Below are positions 49,266 to 64,000 of a stretch of 64,000 nt of DNA, one piece after another; the stretch's first letter is position 1, and every line of letters begins with the position of its first letter. Under the pieces are notes generated by a model. It did no database searches. It saw only the letters and a list, made by a program, of their open reading frames with translations, and was not told where the DNA came from. The position numbers were made by a program, and so were the translations under genes. The stretch covers positions 1 to 64,000 of the forward strand of contig NIVC01001061.1 in the NCBI GenBank assembly GCA_002269645.1, in the 5' to 3' direction. The stretch comes from Macrostomum lignano. Lineage: Eukaryota.

Positions 49266-49740
49266 TAATGAAAATGCCGCGCATATTATTACTTTTTGAG
49301 GGCCAAAAGTATTATTGGCTTCTTAGTCACAATTAGGAAGTTGGTCACTTGGTCACAGGTCACTTATAGGATAATTTAACTAATTCACAATTGATGATGT
49401 ATTGACTGATAAGGGCTAGAATGAGCTTTATCCGATGTACTTTACTGGATTATAACTTACAGTTGAGAGATGGTTGAGAGTTTTCTATTAAAAATTCCGC
49501 GTAATGAAAATGCCATGCATATTATTACTTTTTGAGGGCCAAAATCATGTTTCGCTAATTAGTCACTGCACTAGGAATTAAGTTGGTCACTTGGTCACTT
49601 AGGATGATTAAATTAATTCATTGATGATGTATTATGACTGAAAGGGCTAGAAATCGGCTTTATTTGGTTTACTGTACGGGATTTTACATTTACAGTTGAG
49701 TGACATTTAAGAGTTTCCTTAAAAAATCCTTAGCCACTAA
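49266..49740. repeat. Diverged ~236-bp direct tandem duplication
   Basis: TAATGAAAATGCC..CATATTATTACTTTTTGAGGGCCAAAA...GTTGGTCACTTGGTCAC...TTGATGATGTATT starts at both 49266 and 49502. Confidence 0.8.
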
Positions 49741-50968
49741 TTAAATCACAAGCTTATACTTACAGTTCACTCGCTGTTTATTCGCAGAGTCAGACCACCC
49801 GAAAGAGACTTAATAGCTCTATTCTCGGTTGGATAAGATAAAGTTTCAGGCTTAAGGACTATTTTATATGAGCCTCTTTTCCCAGTAGTTCCTATTGTTG
49901 TCATTGCGACACACGGCCTTTCAATAGATAACACAGAATTTTTTCGTAACTAACGACATTAAAACGCAAAGTTTACTGACAAAAGTAACGGACTACTATT
50001 CAAATTGTACAATTTCCTTCTCATTTTGTTTCTTAGAAACTTTCTATTAGTCATCCTTGCCTGAGCCAAATTAAAGCAATTAGAAATATTCAAATTATCA
50101 AATTTAACCTTATGACAACATTTGCAAAAGATATTGAAATTAATGTAAGTATTTTAATTGCTTATCGCTTTTGCAAGACAAATAATTATTACTAAAGTAG
50201 GCCTTCACTAAAGTAGGTATAAGTATCAAGTAGGCCTATTTTTGTTAATTTTAACAGTTTGACAGTTATACTTCCATTTTTAGGATCTGTATAATTAGAC
50301 AAAATTTATTGTTTAGTGTTTTTTTTGTTGTATATTTTCTATTTATTTATTTGTCCAGTGACCGGACAAATAGCCTTTTTACTATTTGTCTAGTTAAATT
50401 GCTAACTGATGAATATTCTAGATTTTTAAGACCTTTTCACGTATACTGATTAATATTTTGTTGTATACTAGTAGACACTAGTGTACATGTATAAGAAAAG
50501 CAGTGTATTCAATTTGGTATAATTTGGTATATAAGACAAACACTAGTACCAACATAATAATCAAGATTTGAGTAAGAAGTCTTTGAAGTCTAGGATCACC
50601 ATTGTAGTTTCTATAAAATAGATATTTTAGCATTATCAATTTAACCGGTCAAATAATAAAAAGTCTATTTGTCTGGTATTAACCAGATGAATGGGAAAGC
50701 ATAGCCATTATCCAGTAACTGGACAAATAACCAAATCACTATTCGTCTGGTCACCGGACAAATAACAACTGCCTTGTTTTTTTACTTTTTTGACAACAAT
50801 TTTCACATTTCTACACTACAGTTATACTGTACTAAACTACAACTTAATAGTTAAAATTTGGAAGGTATGCATAAGTACTCTGTTAAAATCTGCAATGTCT
50901 AACTATAACTTTACTATTTTGATTTGATTTGAGGCTTTTTCAAAGCCTAGGCCCTAGGCCTAGCTTTA

Positions 50969-51231
50969 GGGGGCACATTACTAAGACTGCCACACACCAA
51001 GACTGCCACAGCCATTACTGACTATTGGTATTGAAGGGAGCAACTAATCTAGCATTGCTATTCCTCTTATAGGTTCCTCTCTTGCAGCCTCACCCTATTG
51101 GCTCTTCTACTTATTTATCTTTTTTAGCACTTTCTAATAATACATTGAGCCAAATTCCTCCCTTAGCTCCTTAAGTGTGACAGTCTTGGTATGTGGCAGT
51201 CTTGGTATGTGGTAGTCTTGGTTCTACACCC
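50969..51231. mobile_element. Small degenerate foldback/MITE
   Basis: Left AAGACTGCCACA repeats and right inverted TGTGGCAGTCTTGG repeats; GGG/CCC ends; no TSD found. Confidence 0.5.
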
Positions 51232-51914
51232 TTTTGTGCCTAGATATCAAATATATGGTCTATATTAGACTTTTAATTTAGGTTAAATATAAAAAACTAA
51301 AGAATTAAAAATGCATTAAAGATCTATATTAAAAATATAATAATAACATAAGCCTAACTTACTTGACTTAGTTGCAGGGGGTCTAGATATTAGGGGTCTA
51401 GGGGTCTATTAGTCTAGGGGTCTAGACAATACTAGATATAGTAAAGAGTTGTTACATTCATTTTACTAACCCTTGACAAATAATAATTGGCTTATATATA
51501 TAAATATATATAGGTTTATATAATACAGATATATAGCTATAAAGAATTTAGTATATTGTTTAGATTTAGTTATATAAGTAAAATAAATATTATGTTTTAT
51601 ATTACATTATAAAACACAAATATATTTTTATTTTATTATTACAGAAAGTATAATGTAGGACTTATTTCAAATGTATAAGATACCATTTATACAACTTTAA
51701 AAAAATATTTTAAAACTTATTTAAGTCAATCCCATTAGCCTAGGACTATAGAAGTAGGGCCTAGGAACTACTTCCTATTTCTTGATAAAAAAGTAGTTTC
51801 GTCTGCTAAGCTTAATAATAGATAAAAAACAGTAGCCCAAATCACTATAGTTTTTTACTTATCTTTGGTATAGGCTAATTGCATTTTTTCTTTTCTTTTC
51901 CTTATTTTTTTGAC

Positions 51915-52148
51915 TAAAAGTGCAACTTATCTATGAAAAAAAACCATATAGCAGAAACCAATACAATTTTGGTAAGATGGCAAGAATAACTATGACTGTC
52001 TTTTTAGGCTAAATGCCTTATTAAGAGTCATTATCTAATTAGTATGATTATCTATATTTTTCAGATAGGTACTTTTGCAACTTACCCTTGGTCTACTATA
52101 ATTTATTGTAGCCAGATTAGCCAGGTTGCCAGTAGTTGTGCATATATA
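51915..52148. mobile_element. hAT-like MITE, degenerate copy with the 28S segment
   Basis: GGCAAGAATAACTATGACTGTC...GGCTAAATGCC...ATCTAATTAGT and a right-TIR remnant GTTGTGCATATATA. The left end is uncertain. Confidence 0.7.
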
Positions 52149-53061
52149 AATCCTAATTAAGTTTTCACAAAAATTGCATTTATTTATTTTAATATAGGCC
52201 TATGTAATTTTTCTTTGGTTTTATTCAATAAGGATAGTCATTATAATGTCAAAATTTTTTCATTGTTAGCAAAGTATTGTATAGTTAAGAAACAATTGAG
52301 CAAAAACAAGAAAACTACTAGTAAACAAATTATTGACTTGTTCATTGGCAATTTTTGACAATAGCTAAATACTTTGTAACTCAATCTTTAGTCACAATAA
52401 TAGCTTGTTGTTGAATTCTATAACTGTCAATCAATTGATTGTATCATTGCAAGAATTTTCCTATTCTTTAATATGGAACCTTTTTAACTTATCTGGATTC
52501 TAAGGTCTATAAATATAGATAGCTTTTTTAGATGTAACCAAAATTTTTCAATAATGTTATGATCTAAGATTTGACTTTGTTAATGTATTAGTTTTAGCTT
52601 ATACAAACCATTTTTAGTATATAGATAGCTTATATATTCTTAAATCATGCCTAAGTAGACTTTCTAGTATTATAATATACTTTAGTTATTATTGTACTAT
52701 ATTAGCAAATCATATTCAAGCTTCAATTTTATTATATTAGGTTGGACATTAGCAGTTAGTAATTTTTAATAGATGACCAAGTTTATAGTTCCATGAATTT
52801 TGACAAAATTATAGTTCTATTTATAATCCAATGCAACACCTCAATACATGATTTTTCCACTTCTATGCCTTGTAGTTAGCAATACATGATTTTGTTTAAA
52901 TGTCTCATTTGGTTTATATTATATATATTGCTATAAAATATGCTTAAGCAACTCAATTTTGTCTTATTTCTCTATAAGACATTTTGCCAATAGCTGTCTA
53001 GCTGCTAAGCAAACTATTGTAATACTATCTATTAGATAATGGACTTTTTTAAATTGAGGTT

Positions 53062-53398
53062 GATACATGCCCAACCTCAAAATTTCACCCATCTGGTGCA
53101 ACTTCAAGGTTTGTCCAGATTAGCAACTTAGTTCTTCTTGATTGCAACTTAGTTCCTCCAATTGCAACTTAGTTTTCACTTTGTTTATGACTTTTCTTGC
53201 CTTTTTCTCTTTTCTTTTCTTTCTCTTTCATCTTTCCCCTCTCTTTTTTTCCTTCCTTTCTTTTCCTTTTCTCTTTCTCTCCTTTCTTTCTTCCCCCAAT
53301 TTTTCATTTTTTGCATTTTCAAATTTGTGACTTACCTTGGCTAGTGGCCATTTCACCCATCTGGTTCAGACAGGTTGGACGGGTGTTGGGCATATATG
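53062..53398. mobile_element. Related MITE without the 28S segment (T-rich interior)
   Basis: TIR-like GATACATGCCCAAC / GTTGGGCATATATG, GCAACTTAG subterminal motifs and GACTTACCTTGGC. Confidence 0.6.
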
Positions 53399-54088
53399 GG
53401 TTGATATATAAATTAGTTGCAATTTTTATAAGATCATAATTTTATTTTAAAAAAGGCTTTTCAGTAGTTTTAGTTTTAATTTAAGCTTCATTTTTGTATA
53501 GCTTCAACTAAAGTATATATTGTTTAAAGCCAACCATTAGGGCATAAAGAATAGCTAGGCTTTAGGGTTGGAACTTGGAAGATTCTTTATAGATTGCTTT
53601 TATTATCAACCTAAACTTGAATAGAGACATAGAGACCTATTCAAGATTTGGTTGATTTATTCCATTTTGGAAAATTTTTCAACTAAAAGGTTAATAAATA
53701 TCTATCAAGTAATAAGGATTTTTTAGGTAGAAAGGTTCTTAATAAAGATTGATTTTATTGACTAAAATTTTAATAATAATATAATATAATAATTGATTGC
53801 ATCCGCCCTAATAGGCAAATGTGCAACCAATAGCTCAGCTATAGCTATTGTGTGGCACATCTGAAAGCTACATATGGCTGTTCAGTCTAAGGACTGGGGG
53901 TCACCACATAGGTCCTCAATTATCTCAGCTAATGCTATCACCCATTTTATAGCTAAGTGAACTGAAGCAACGGCAGAGTCAAATGTTCTGATCAAGGCCA
54001 CAAATAGTTCTAAATGGGTCAAGAATCAAACTCTAACCACTAAGTTATAACTAACCCTAAGCCTTAAAGTTCAATAAACCATAAAGAC

Positions 54089-54324
54089 CATGAATGTGCA
54101 ACTGGACTAATTTGCACTGGCTATGCAACTTACTTTTAGACCAAAATGTGATTTACCTCTGAAAACCATCTGAGTAGCCATTATTATAATATTATAATAA
54201 TTAAACTAAATGTCTTATCATCTAATTAGTATTACTTTTATTTTTTTGTTGGGGCATTTTTGCAACTTACCTTGGCTAGGCCTCTCTCTAGCCAACCAGA
54301 TTGGCTGGGTTTTGTGCATGTATG
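54089..54324. mobile_element. hAT-like MITE, older copy
   Basis: Degenerate TIRs CATGAATGTGCAAC / TTTGTGCATGTATG with a perfect 8-bp TSD ATAAAGAC (54081-54088, 54325-54332). Retains AAATGTCTTATCATCTAATTAGT and GCAACTTACCTTGGC. Confidence 0.85.
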
Positions 54325-54911
54325 ATAAAGACCTATTTTATATTAGTTTATTATTAATTCTTGCCTAGATTGAAATGAAGCTTAAGTTTGAAAGTATCAG
54401 TAATATGTCATGATATGTTAATCTTTATGGTATACAAATTATAGCTAGTTTTCAATTCACTTTGATGTAATTTATTCTAAATTGATATAATTTATTTTAT
54501 TACTTAGATATTAGAATACAAATAGTTTTAGAAACAAACTGTGACGAGTTTTAGTTATTGTATTGCTAATTGTTTTTGTTTTTGCATAATTTCATGGTTA
54601 GCTAGCTATGCTAGATAGTAATGAGTCAAAGTTCACAGTGTTAAATTATTAGCCTATCTCGTTTTTTTTCTAGTCTAGATTCTCTATAAACAAGCCACTG
54701 GTAATAATCTGGGCCATTTCACACACATTCTATTGCTTTGCAATGTTTTCAACATATCTATTAGCTAATGCCAAATTTGTACAGCCTTAGTGACAGAAGC
54801 CGTCTTATTTGCTGTGTGTGTGTGTGCTGCGCAGATTCATACTAAGAAGCTGAAGCTTTCTGCATTAGGCACTCTGCAAACCCGGACCATATGTTGCAGG
54901 TTTAAACTGCC

Positions 54912-64000
<9,089 letters not shown>

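Overview
This is eukaryotic, intron-rich genomic DNA with GC-rich exons and AT-rich or minisatellite-filled introns. The style suggests a free-living flatworm such as Macrostomum, but that is an inference. Splice-phase-consistent gene models I could build by hand: dihydropyrimidinase/CRMP (+, 5 exons, 595 aa), an orphan low-complexity protein (-, 4 exons, ~758 aa), Maelstrom (-, HMG box + MAEL domain + RG-rich tail), a divergent Rac/RhoG-like GTPase (-, 3 exons, 200 aa), an uncharacterised 3-exon gene fragment (-), a Lifeguard/TMBIM protein (+, 2 exons, 289 aa) and the 5' part of beta-spectrin (+). There is also a frameshifted fibrinogen-domain gene at the left edge. Most long ORFs in the supplied track are artefacts of about 28 different tandem repeats. 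Mobile DNA includes mariner, Gypsy-integrase and LINE-RT relics, a tRNA-like SINE head and a 1.6-kb foldback element with a 9-bp TSD. The most unusual feature is a family of small hAT-like MITEs (14-bp TIR, 8-bp TSD) carrying a ~64-nt copy of the conserved 28S rRNA segment targeted by R2 retrotransposons and I-PpoI, altered at the cut site. These MITEs sit in or beside sharply CpG-depleted blocks.
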